The translations under genes and the position numbers were made by a program. Positions 28,028-36,198 of a stretch of DNA of 51,441 bases are shown piece by piece. The notes beneath the pieces are model-generated. The model saw nothing but the letters and a program-made list of their open reading frames with translations. It ran no database searches and was not told the DNA's origin. Origin of the DNA: Candidatus Fimenecus sp. (GTDB lineage: Bacteria; Bacillota; Clostridia; Oscillospirales; Acutalibacteraceae). The stretch covers positions 1-51,441 of the forward strand of contig JBJEPR010000139.1 in NCBI GenBank assembly GCA_051881335.1. Direction: 5' to 3'. Position 1 is the first letter of the stretch. Each line of letters begins with the position of its first letter.

Positions 28028-28676
28028 ATTGCTTCTCTGCTTCATATCGCATCGGCGTGTAGCGTATGCCGTTTGTCACTTGTTCCCCGTCTGTCGGCGC
28101 AAAGCCGAGACGACGGTAAAATTCCACTGCATACGGCGAGGAATTCACCGTGAAAATCGGGATTTCATAGGTTTCTCGCATCGTTTCGAACAGCTTTCTG
28201 CCGATTCCCCTGCGGTGGTATTCGGGTTTTACAAAAAAATAGCCGATATGCTGCGGCGCGCGCACGGCAAGCACACCGACCAATGTGTTTTCGTCAAACG
28301 CACCGTAAAACTCCATTTGCCGATTTCGCTCGCCGTCCTGTAAGGCGGCCTGAAATTCCCGTATGCCCTCTTGCGTGTATTCCGGTGCTTCAAACTGACA
28401 AAATACCGTCCAACACAGTTCCAACGCCGCGGGCAATTCCGATTGCAAAAGGCGGCGAACCGTAACCACCGCGCCGATGCGGCAAAACTGCACGGTTTGG
28501 TTTTTTATGGAGATTTTTTCAACCTGCCAGCCGTATTGTTTCAGTTCTTTTTTGTACTGCAAAAAGGAGTGATCTATCGGCACGCCTGCAATTTTTTCGA
28601 TTGTATCGAAGGAAAGTCGGATTTGCACAGCGGTTTGCGCGGCAATATATTGCCATAATATTTCGTATTTTTGCAT
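28026..28676 (-). CDS. GNAT-family N-acetyltransferase with an extra ~70-aa N-terminal domain
   Basis: Acetyl-CoA motif A (FVKPEYHRRGIGRKLF) lies in the C-terminal two thirds. The N-terminal part reads LSFDTIEKIAG.PID.SFL.YKKEL..YGW. Confidence 0.85.
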   Translation of the reverse strand: MQKYEILWQYIAAQTAVQIRLSFDTIEKIAGVPIDHSFLQYKKELKQYGWQVEKISIKNQTVQFCRIGAVVTVRRLLQSELPAALELCWTVFCQFEAPEYTQEGIREFQAALQDGERNRQMEFYGAFDENTLVGVLAVRAPQHIGYFFVKPEYHRRGIGRKLFETMRETYEIPIFTVNSSPYAVEFYRRLGFAPTDGEQVTNGIRYTPMRYEAEKQ

Positions 28677-28928
28677 AGGTTCTCCTGCTTTAAAAAGGGT
28701 TGTTATTTACAGAGGGGCAAGCCCCCTCCATTTCTTTTTTCTTTTTCTCACAAGCTACAGGTCTTTGCCTTTTTGAATTGGCACGATGCTTTCTGCAATC
28801 AGCTGTCAAAAAAGAGGTGAATATCGACAATATCCAGTGCGTTCAGCGCAAATACCGCGCCGGCAGACACCAAAACAACGCCTCACAAAATACTGCTGGC
28901 TTTTTTCAAAACCATTCTCTCTTTTGAA

Positions 28929-30524
28929 TTATAAGGTTGCAAAGATTTTTGTGCCTTTGGTTTTCAGCCAACGAATCAGCACCGCCGAAGTGACAGCAAG
29001 AACGCCCGTACTGATGGCAAGAAATGCAATCGGCGAAAGGAAATTCCGCACGGCGTAATACAGCACGCCGAACGCAAGTACAACGACCCAGCCGCCGAAC
29101 AAAGCGAGCATAACGCTCATACTTTGTTTAATGGGCACAATTTCGTTGGTCCAAGTGAGATTGGGCATTTTGAGGTTGAAAAATAACCCCGCCAGCGCCG
29201 TAAGCCAAACAAATGCCACAACCGTTACAAGCAATAAAAGACTTTCGCCCCACTGCAATCTGAACACCCATTCCACCGCGAGCGTCAGCAAAACTGCGGG
29301 CGGAAGCGTCAGCCACAAATGCAGTTTCAATTTTGCTTTTAAAGGCTGAAAGGGCGTTATGGGCAAAACCTGCGCAAGCCAAAGATTTTTGCCCTCCAAC
29401 GAAACGGAGGGGGCGGTCATATCGCACATCGAGGTTATCATACAAACCGCCGCCGCGCAAAACAAGGGCATCAGGTCAAGATAGCCTTCAAACATTCCGT
29501 AAATCATTTCGCGAAGCGCCGCGCCTTTTATCAGCAGTGCCACCGCGCCCACAAGCATAAACACGATACCCAATCCGCAGTTGAGCATATAGGTAGGACT
29601 GCCCAAAAAGCGCCGCAATTCTTTTTGCAGTAATGCGCTGTCGGCTGTACCGCGTTTGGCAGCCTTTTCTTTGTATTTTGCCTTGGCCGCACCGCGGTTG
29701 ACGGTTACGAATTTTAAAAAGCTGTGGGAAAGCACAAACCACACCAAAGCGAACAGTGCCGCCATAATCGCCGTAAAAATCAACATCGAAACGGCACTGC
29801 CCTCTGCGGCACGCCCCATACAGTAAAACGGATACAAAATGCTTTTGACGCTGTCCGCCGCTTTTTGGGGATTGGCAAGGATGATTTCCAGCATTTTATA
29901 CGCCTTTGCATATAAATAATAGTACGCCGCCAAAAAGCCAAGGGATAAAATCACCGTAACCACATTTTTCCGTTTCAGCTTACTGCTGACTGCCGCGACC
30001 ACATACCCCAAAAGGCAGGAAAGCGTCAGCACGAACACCGACAGAACGAACGGAGAAAGCACCGCGAACACCCCGCCGAGCACCGTTCCCTGCCCACTGA
30101 CAAACAGCACAAGCACGGTGGGAATCATTACAATCAGTTCGTACATCAACCCCATCAAATACACACCGAGCAGCCGCGCCGACAAAATTTTCGTAGGCGG
30201 TACGGGCAAAGACAGCAATAAATCGTTATCCTTTGCCTGATAGAGCGAAGCATAGGTATTAAACACACTGCCGAACACACCGAGCGCCACGGCGATAAGT
30301 CCCATCAATGCAAAATATAACCACCCGAAGCCGATTTCAAAAAGCGGTGTGCAAAGCATATTTGCCGTTGAATAAAAAATACTGCCGAGAAAAGCGAACA
30401 GCACCAAATACAACAGTGCAAAACCGATTACGCCGCCTTTGGAGCGGATTTTACCGCTTTTCTTATCCTGAAACAGCCAAGAGAACACCTCCAACATCTG
30501 TTTTTTGAACAGGGCTTTGGTCAT
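28929..30524 (-). CDS. Multi-spanning ABC exporter permease (ABC-2-like)
   Basis: 531-aa polytopic membrane protein with a 4-nt overlap with the upstream ATPase gene. Confidence 0.85.
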   Translation of the reverse strand: MTKALFKKQMLEVFSWLFQDKKSGKIRSKGGVIGFALLYLVLFAFLGSIFYSTANMLCTPLFEIGFGWLYFALMGLIAVALGVFGSVFNTYASLYQAKDNDLLLSLPVPPTKILSARLLGVYLMGLMYELIVMIPTVLVLFVSGQGTVLGGVFAVLSPFVLSVFVLTLSCLLGYVVAAVSSKLKRKNVVTVILSLGFLAAYYYLYAKAYKMLEIILANPQKAADSVKSILYPFYCMGRAAEGSAVSMLIFTAIMAALFALVWFVLSHSFLKFVTVNRGAAKAKYKEKAAKRGTADSALLQKELRRFLGSPTYMLNCGLGIVFMLVGAVALLIKGAALREMIYGMFEGYLDLMPLFCAAAVCMITSMCDMTAPSVSLEGKNLWLAQVLPITPFQPLKAKLKLHLWLTLPPAVLLTLAVEWVFRLQWGESLLLLVTVVAFVWLTALAGLFFNLKMPNLTWTNEIVPIKQSMSVMLALFGGWVVVLAFGVLYYAVRNFLSPIAFLAISTGVLAVTSAVLIRWLKTKGTKIFATL

Positions 30525-31231
30525 TGCTCTCCCTCCAGTTCCAAAAAGACATTTTCAAGCGACGCGTCCCCCTTCACTTCCTCCATCGTGCCGGATTGCA
30601 TCAGCTTGCCGTTTTTAATGATTGCCACCTTGTCGCACAGCTTTTCCGCAACCTCCAAAACATGGGTGGAAAAAAAGATTGCCCCACCGTTTCGGCATCG
30701 GTCGCGCATCAGTTCCTTTAAAACATAGGACGCTTTCGGGTCAAGCCCGACAAACGGTTCGTCCATAATCAACAGCTTCGGCTCGTGCAAAAGCGCCGAA
30801 ATCACAGCCAATTTTTGCTTCATTCCGTGGGAATACGCCGAAATCGGCTGTGCCAAATCGTTTGTCAGTTCAAAGGCGTCACCGTATTTTCGAATACGCG
30901 CCTGTCGGTCTTCCGAACTGACGCCGAAAATATCCCCGATAAAATTCAAAAACTGGATACCCGTCATAAACGCATACAAATCGGGATTGTCGGGAATATA
31001 CGCAATTTTCGCTTTGGCGGCAAGCGGATTTTCTTTCACGGAAATACCGTCAATGTAAATTTCGCCGCTGTCGGGTTGCAAAATACCGCAACAAGCCTTA
31101 ATGGTTGTGGTTTTGCCCGCGCCGTTATGCCCGATAAAGCCGTAAATCTCACCGGGCAGAATATGCAAAGATAAATCGTCTACCGCTTTTTTCTCGCCGT
31201 AGGCTTTCGTTAAATGTTCAATGTTCAGCAT
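30521..31231 (-). CDS. ABC transporter ATP-binding protein
   Basis: Walker A GHNGAGKTT, signature YSHGMKQK, Walker B LLIMDEP. Confidence 0.95.
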   Translation of the reverse strand: MLNIEHLTKAYGEKKAVDDLSLHILPGEIYGFIGHNGAGKTTTIKACCGILQPDSGEIYIDGISVKENPLAAKAKIAYIPDNPDLYAFMTGIQFLNFIGDIFGVSSEDRQARIRKYGDAFELTNDLAQPISAYSHGMKQKLAVISALLHEPKLLIMDEPFVGLDPKASYVLKELMRDRCRNGGAIFFSTHVLEVAEKLCDKVAIIKNGKLMQSGTMEEVKGDASLENVFLELEGEQ

Positions 31232-31391
31232 TGCAGTTCTCCTTTGAAGCCGTATTTATTTCGCTTTTCCATTCCGTCGGCGCGTCCTTGGCCGCCTTTT
31301 TATCATAAAATAGGCGAGCTCCACAACAAATATTTGCACATTGCCCCTCCGTTCGCGGTTTCCGTCAAATGTATTGTACCATAAAACAACG

Positions 31392-31425
31392 CCCGTTTCC
31401 ATTACAAATTTGTAATGAAAACGGG
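31392..31425 (-). terminator. Terminator hairpin after the TPM-domain gene
   Basis: Near-perfect 17-bp palindrome CCCGTTTCCATTACAAA/TTTGTAATGAAAACGGG with a U-rich tract on the minus strand. Confidence 0.7.
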
Positions 31426-31453
31426 TGCAAATATTTGCTGTTTATGTATGCCG

Positions 31454-32281
31454 TCAAAATCCTCTCGACGAGCCGCCGCCACCGAACGAACCGCCACCGC
31501 CCGAGAAGCCGCCACCGGAAAATCCGCCCGAAGAATGGGACGAACCGCCCGAAAAACCGCCGCCCACAGGTCCGCCGTAAAATGTACCGCCGTGGAAACC
31601 GCCATTGCCGCCCGATCCGCGCCCCGACGAGCCGCCGCCTTTGCGCGACATACTGATGGCTATTAAAATCACAATGACAATCAACGCACCGATTAGACTG
31701 ATGGCGCCGAAAAACTCCGCTTCGTCGTCATCGCTTTCATAATCGTCCTCTGCCATCGGCACATAGTCCGACGGCGTTTGCCCGTATTCTGTGTAGACCT
31801 CGTTAATCAGAATTTTATACGCTTCCAAAAGGCCTTTGGAAAAATCGTTGTCTTTTAAATACGGTATGGCGTAGGTATCCAAAATCCGACCGGTTTTGCC
31901 GTCGGGCAAACAGCCTTCCAAGCCTTTGCCGACCTCAATACGCACCTGTCGGTCGCCTGTGGATAGCAAAAGTAAAACGCCGGAATCCGCCGTTTCTTCC
32001 CCAATACCCCATTCATTTGCCAAATCGTAGCCGTAGTCCTCAATCGCTTCGCCGTCTAAGGACGAAACCGTCACCACAACCACCTGCGCGCCCGTCGCCT
32101 GGTAAAGGGCCTCGCCGAGGCTTTGCATTTCTGCGGCGTCCTCGGCAGAGATACAATTCGCAAAATCATTGACAAAAAACGCGTCGGTCGGCGCGGGCAC
32201 ATTTGCCTTTGCCGCCGCAGTAAACAAGGATACGCACAAAGTAAGGCAGGCGGTAAAAACTGCAAAAAGCCGTTTTTTCAT
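31454..32281 (-). CDS. TPM-domain (YgcG-like) protein with a TM helix and Gly-rich C-terminal tail
   Basis: Signal peptide, TPM phosphatase-like domain (V.D.A..IS......L......L...TGAQVVVVTV.SL), one TM helix, then a GGFSGG-type low-complexity tail. Confidence 0.9.
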   Translation of the reverse strand: MKKRLFAVFTACLTLCVSLFTAAAKANVPAPTDAFFVNDFANCISAEDAAEMQSLGEALYQATGAQVVVVTVSSLDGEAIEDYGYDLANEWGIGEETADSGVLLLLSTGDRQVRIEVGKGLEGCLPDGKTGRILDTYAIPYLKDNDFSKGLLEAYKILINEVYTEYGQTPSDYVPMAEDDYESDDDEAEFFGAISLIGALIVIVILIAISMSRKGGGSSGRGSGGNGGFHGGTFYGGPVGGGFSGGSSHSSGGFSGGGFSGGGGSFGGGGSSRGF

Positions 32282-32305
32282 AAATCCCCCTTCGGCTTAA
32301 GCCGT

Positions 32306-32881
32306 TTATGCGCCGAAATCCACACTCGGCACGGTTTGCGATTCTTCGCTTGCCTCGAAATACTCTACCGCTTCAAAATCAAACATACCCGCAATCACCG
32401 AGGTCGGGAATTTTTTGATTTCGGTATTGTAATCTCTTGCTTCCTCGTTGTATTCCTGCCGTGCTTTCGCAATGCGGTTTTCACTGCCCGCGAGTTCGTC
32501 CTGCAAGTTGATAAACTGCGTGTCCGCCTTTAATTCAGGATAGTTTTCTACCACCACAAGCAAGCGGGAAATGGCAGAATCGAGCGCATCGTTTGCCTCG
32601 TTCATTTCACCGACGGTTTTTGCGCCCGCAAGCGCCGCGCGTGCATCGGCAAGCGCAGTATAAACTTCCTCTTCGTGCGCCGCATAGCCTTTTACGGTGC
32701 TGACGAGATTCGGAATTAAATCCGCACGGCGTTGCAAATAGGTTTCAACCGTAGACTGCGCGGTCAAGACCTCCTCGCGGTCTTCGACAAGTTCGTTATA
32801 CGTGGAAACCACACCGCCTACCAGCGCAATCACGAGCATCAAAACAACGGCTAAAATAATCAAACCGGTTTTCTTTTTCAT
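32306..32881 (-). CDS. lemA: LemA family protein
   Basis: N-terminal TM helix and LemA motifs (YN.LV...E.V....S.V...LQRR.DLIPNLV..VKGYA.HE). Usual pairing with a TPM gene. Confidence 0.93.
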   Translation of the reverse strand: MKKKTGLIILAVVLMLVIALVGGVVSTYNELVEDREEVLTAQSTVETYLQRRADLIPNLVSTVKGYAAHEEEVYTALADARAALAGAKTVGEMNEANDALDSAISRLLVVVENYPELKADTQFINLQDELAGSENRIAKARQEYNEEARDYNTEIKKFPTSVIAGMFDFEAVEYFEASEESQTVPSVDFGA

Positions 32882-32922
32882 ACTGTATACTCCTTTCCGT
32901 TTGAAAAAGGGGCTTTTGCTTT

Positions 32923-33939
32923 TTATTCAAATCCGTTGGGATTTTGGCTTTGCCAGCGCCAAGAATCCTCGCACATTTCGGCAAGACCGCGTTTTGCCTC
33001 CCAACCGAGCACCTCTTTCGCTTTGGTGGGGTCGGAATAGCAGGTGGCAATATCGCCCGGGCGGCGCGCTACGATTTTGTACGGCACTTTTTTGCCGCTG
33101 GCTTTTTCAAACGCCTTGACAATATCCAAAACGCTGTACCCGTGGCCCGTGCCGAGGTTGAATACCTGCACGCCTTTGTTGCCTTCCAATATGTTATCGA
33201 GCGCTTTCACATGGCCTTCTGCCAAATCCACCACATGAATATAATCCCGCACACCTGTGCCGTCTGGCGTATCGTAATCGTCGCCGAACACCGAAAGCTC
33301 GGGCAATTTGCCGATGGCAACCTGCGTAATATAGGGCATCAAATTGTTCGGAATGCCGTTCGGATTTTCACCGATTCTGCCACTTTTGTGTGCACCGATG
33401 GGGTTAAAGTAGCGAAGCAGAGTAACATTCCATTCGTTGTCGGACTTGAAAATGTCCTCCAAAATAATTTCAATCATATATTTGGTGGTGCCGTAGGGGT
33501 TGGTGGTGCCGCCGGTTTGCATCGTTTCTTTTAAGGGCGAAACATTGTGCATCCCGTACACGGTAGCCGACGAGCTGAACACAATATTTTTGCAGTGATT
33601 TTGACGCATTACATCGCAAAGCACAAGCGTACCGCCGATGTTGTTATCATAGTATTCAATCGGCTTGCGGCAGGATTCGCCGACCGCCTTGAGCCCCGCA
33701 AAATGAATGGCCGCTTCAATTTTGTTCTCCTTAAAAATTTTGTCCATTCCCGCCTTGTCGCGAATATCGCACTCATAAAATTTGAGTTCCTTGCCGCAAA
33801 GCTCGTTGATGCGCGCAAGCGATTTAGGGCTGGAATTGTAGTAATTATCCACGATAATTACCTCATACCCTGCCTGCGTTAAAGAAACGCAGGTGTGCGA
33901 GCCGATAAACCCGGCACCGCCTGTTACCAAAATTGCCAT
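32923..33939 (-). CDS. galE: UDP-glucose 4-epimerase
   Basis: [13 protein letters not shown]ossmann motif, the YG.TK catalytic motif, and GalE-like sequence throughout. The second ATG (33939) was chosen for RBS spacing. Confidence 0.95.
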   Translation of the reverse strand: MAILVTGGAGFIGSHTCVSLTQAGYEVIIVDNYYNSSPKSLARINELCGKELKFYECDIRDKAGMDKIFKENKIEAAIHFAGLKAVGESCRKPIEYYDNNIGGTLVLCDVMRQNHCKNIVFSSSATVYGMHNVSPLKETMQTGGTTNPYGTTKYMIEIILEDIFKSDNEWNVTLLRYFNPIGAHKSGRIGENPNGIPNNLMPYITQVAIGKLPELSVFGDDYDTPDGTGVRDYIHVVDLAEGHVKALDNILEGNKGVQVFNLGTGHGYSVLDIVKAFEKASGKKVPYKIVARRPGDIATCYSDPTKAKEVLGWEAKRGLAEMCEDSWRWQSQNPNGFE

Positions 33940-33988
33940 TTGAATCATTCCTCCCGAAAGAAAATATTGAATATAGATATACTATGAT

Positions 33989-36148
33989 TTATGCAGTTAA
34001 TTGCGCGCCGGCGTAGAATTTAGAAAGAATTTGTGCGTAGCTTGAACCCGTCGCTGCCATTTTGTCCGCACCCGCAAGGCTCATACCGACGCCGTAGCCG
34101 ACGCCGTACACCGTAATGGTAAATTCATTGGTTGGGGTGTTATATGTCACCGAGAAGCACTGCGACGGCAGATTTTTGCCCGCCATCACCTTTTCGATAA
34201 ATTCAATGCCCGAAATCTCCTTGCCGCCGACAGATACCGTTTCCACATAGCCGACGCCGGTATTCACCGCGCCGTCGTGCTTGAGTACTTTTATCCATTC
34301 TGCGGGGTCTTCGGCCAGTTCCAGCGTTGCATCGTAAGCGGTCAGCATCGCTTTCATATCGTCCGCCGAGAAAATCAGTTCGGTTTTGTAGCCTTCCTGC
34401 GTTTTGTCCGTCGCACATTCCACCGCACGCAGATACGGGAAATTTTGCCCGTACACAATGTCGGCAGGCGTTGTTCTGCCGGCAGAAAGCTTGAAATACG
34501 GTGTAAATGCCGTAGTATCGCCGAAGCTCAAATATTCGCCGAACACCGCGCGTACTGCGTTGTAAACCTCATCACTGTATTCGGGGGCAAGCGTTACGCC
34601 CGTGATTTTCCAGTTGGTATTGCGGTATTTCAAATAAGTATAAATTGCAATCGCCTGTGCCTTGAGTGCTTCGGGTTGGGTGTCTGCACTGACTTCTGCC
34701 TCAATCATACGCGCAACAGCCTCTTTGGCATCCATCGTTTTCCCGTTGACAATCATTTCAGAGGGAATGTCGTCCGCAGAAGCGGAAGCGCCTTCCGAGG
34801 TATCAATCGCCGTTCCTGCGGCAGATTGCGTGGTCACTTCGGCGGGAGTTTCCTGCACGCCGGAGCGCATTTCGTTATACATAAACTGTGACATCACCAC
34901 GGTTTCGATTTCCGGCTCGGGCTCGGCAACCGAAACGGGCTGTGTCGTGGCAGGCGCTTCGGTAGATGCGGCGGCACGCTCTGCGTCACGCGCTTTCTTT
35001 TCTTTCACAAAGAAAATACAACCGACGGTAATGGCCGCCACCAACACCAATGCGATAACGGAGAGGGTGATTTTCCCCGATTTTTTGGAAAGGAAGGACG
35101 GCGCTTCGGGCGAAGCGTCCATACCTGTCACTTCAATGCCGACCGCGCCCTTGCCGACCGCCTTTTCACCGATTAACTCCACCAACTCCTCAGCGGCATC
35201 GGCAACAAAGTCGTGTGCACTTTCATCTTCCTCGCGGTACAGCTTGCGCACCACGGCCGTTTTATCGTCGGCAACCGTAATACATATGTAGTCGCCGCCG
35301 TCGCCCGTGCCGATTTCGGAAATTGACGCGCCGAGCTGTGCGCCGGAAAGCTCTTTTGCCGCTTTGGCGGTCAAGGCAACATAATCGGTTAAATTGTAAT
35401 CGCCCTTGTCCTCGACATGGGGTGTGAATACGAAAAAGCTGTCAAAATCCGCAATGCCTTCGCCGAGTTTTTTGATTTCCTCAGCATACGGCGTACCGCT
35501 GACAGCGACTTTTGCGCCTGCTTCCCGCAAAATATTGACGGTATGCTGCATCACATCGGCTTCGGGGAACGAATCCTGCACGGGTATCTCTGCCGGTTCC
35601 GTTTGCGCGGGGACTGCGGGCGTCTCGTCTTTCGCTTCTGCCGGCGCAACGGCACACTGCATCAAATACGGCACCAAGCCCGCTTTTAAAATGCGCTCCA
35701 GCCGTTCCTCGTCCAGCGGCAGAAACACCATCGTCTGCGCGCCCTTCCGGACGGCAAAGCCCGGATACATCCCGTCCTCTGTGAAAAAGCACACTGCATT
35801 TTCGGGCACAGCGGCGTTTTTGACCTTTTCATCGGGGGAAAGCCCCGTGTTTTCCGACAGAAGCGTATAAATCTCTTCGTTCTGTACGGTCGGGAGCGCC
35901 AGTGCCGCGCACAGCTTTGCCCGCACCGAATTGTATTTCGCCTTGTCGATTGCCAAAACGATACATTCTTCGTTTTTCAGAAGCGCCGCAAGCTGCGGGA
36001 GCATAGCTTTGAGCGTCGGAAAACACGCGAAGGCGGTGTCCTCCTCCGAAAACGCACGCAGGGCACCCGAAATGCGTTCAAGCAAGCCCGAAACACTCTC
36101 GCGGTCGGCAGTCAAAGCCAAAAGTTTCATATTCATATCTCTCATCAT
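33989..36148 (-). CDS. Fusion protein: degenerate CinA-like cytoplasmic region, one TM helix, extracytoplasmic SpoIID/LytB domain
   Basis: C-terminal ~270 aa carry SpoIID motifs (MIEAEV....PEALKAQAIAIYTY and SAGRTT.ADIVYGQNFPYLRAVEC). A TM helix lies near residue 370. The N-terminal region aligns by eye to both the CinA N-domain and the PncC domain but lacks the AESCTGG motif. The exact start is uncertain because of several nearby ATGs. Confidence 0.8.
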   Translation of the reverse strand: MMRDMNMKLLALTADRESVSGLLERISGALRAFSEEDTAFACFPTLKAMLPQLAALLKNEECIVLAIDKAKYNSVRAKLCAALALPTVQNEEIYTLLSENTGLSPDEKVKNAAVPENAVCFFTEDGMYPGFAVRKGAQTMVFLPLDEERLERILKAGLVPYLMQCAVAPAEAKDETPAVPAQTEPAEIPVQDSFPEADVMQHTVNILREAGAKVAVSGTPYAEEIKKLGEGIADFDSFFVFTPHVEDKGDYNLTDYVALTAKAAKELSGAQLGASISEIGTGDGGDYICITVADDKTAVVRKLYREEDESAHDFVADAAEELVELIGEKAVGKGAVGIEVTGMDASPEAPSFLSKKSGKITLSVIALVLVAAITVGCIFFVKEKKARDAERAAASTEAPATTQPVSVAEPEPEIETVVMSQFMYNEMRSGVQETPAEVTTQSAAGTAIDTSEGASASADDIPSEMIVNGKTMDAKEAVARMIEAEVSADTQPEALKAQAIAIYTYLKYRNTNWKITGVTLAPEYSDEVYNAVRAVFGEYLSFGDTTAFTPYFKLSAGRTTPADIVYGQNFPYLRAVECATDKTQEGYKTELIFSADDMKAMLTAYDATLELAEDPAEWIKVLKHDGAVNTGVGYVETVSVGGKEISGIEFIEKVMAGKNLPSQCFSVTYNTPTNEFTITVYGVGYGVGMSLAGADKMAATGSSYAQILSKFYAGAQLTA

Positions 36149-36198
36149 CCCTTAAACCGAACATTTCGGTATCAATTTACTTAGGCAAAGCCAACGCT

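Noticed and set aside
28700-29058. Plus-strand ORFs of 75 and 90 aa in and next to the GNAT/ABC intergenic region.
   Set aside because: They have no RBS and an odd composition. One overlaps the 3' end of the permease gene in antisense.
31454-31650. Highly repetitive GGC/GGA-rich DNA, checked as a possible CRISPR array or satellite. The 45-nt repeats at 47816-47950 were checked the same way.
   Set aside because: Both are in-frame coding low-complexity or tandem repeats, one a Gly-rich tail and the other a Pro-rich repeat. They have no spacer structure. No CRISPR array is present in the window.
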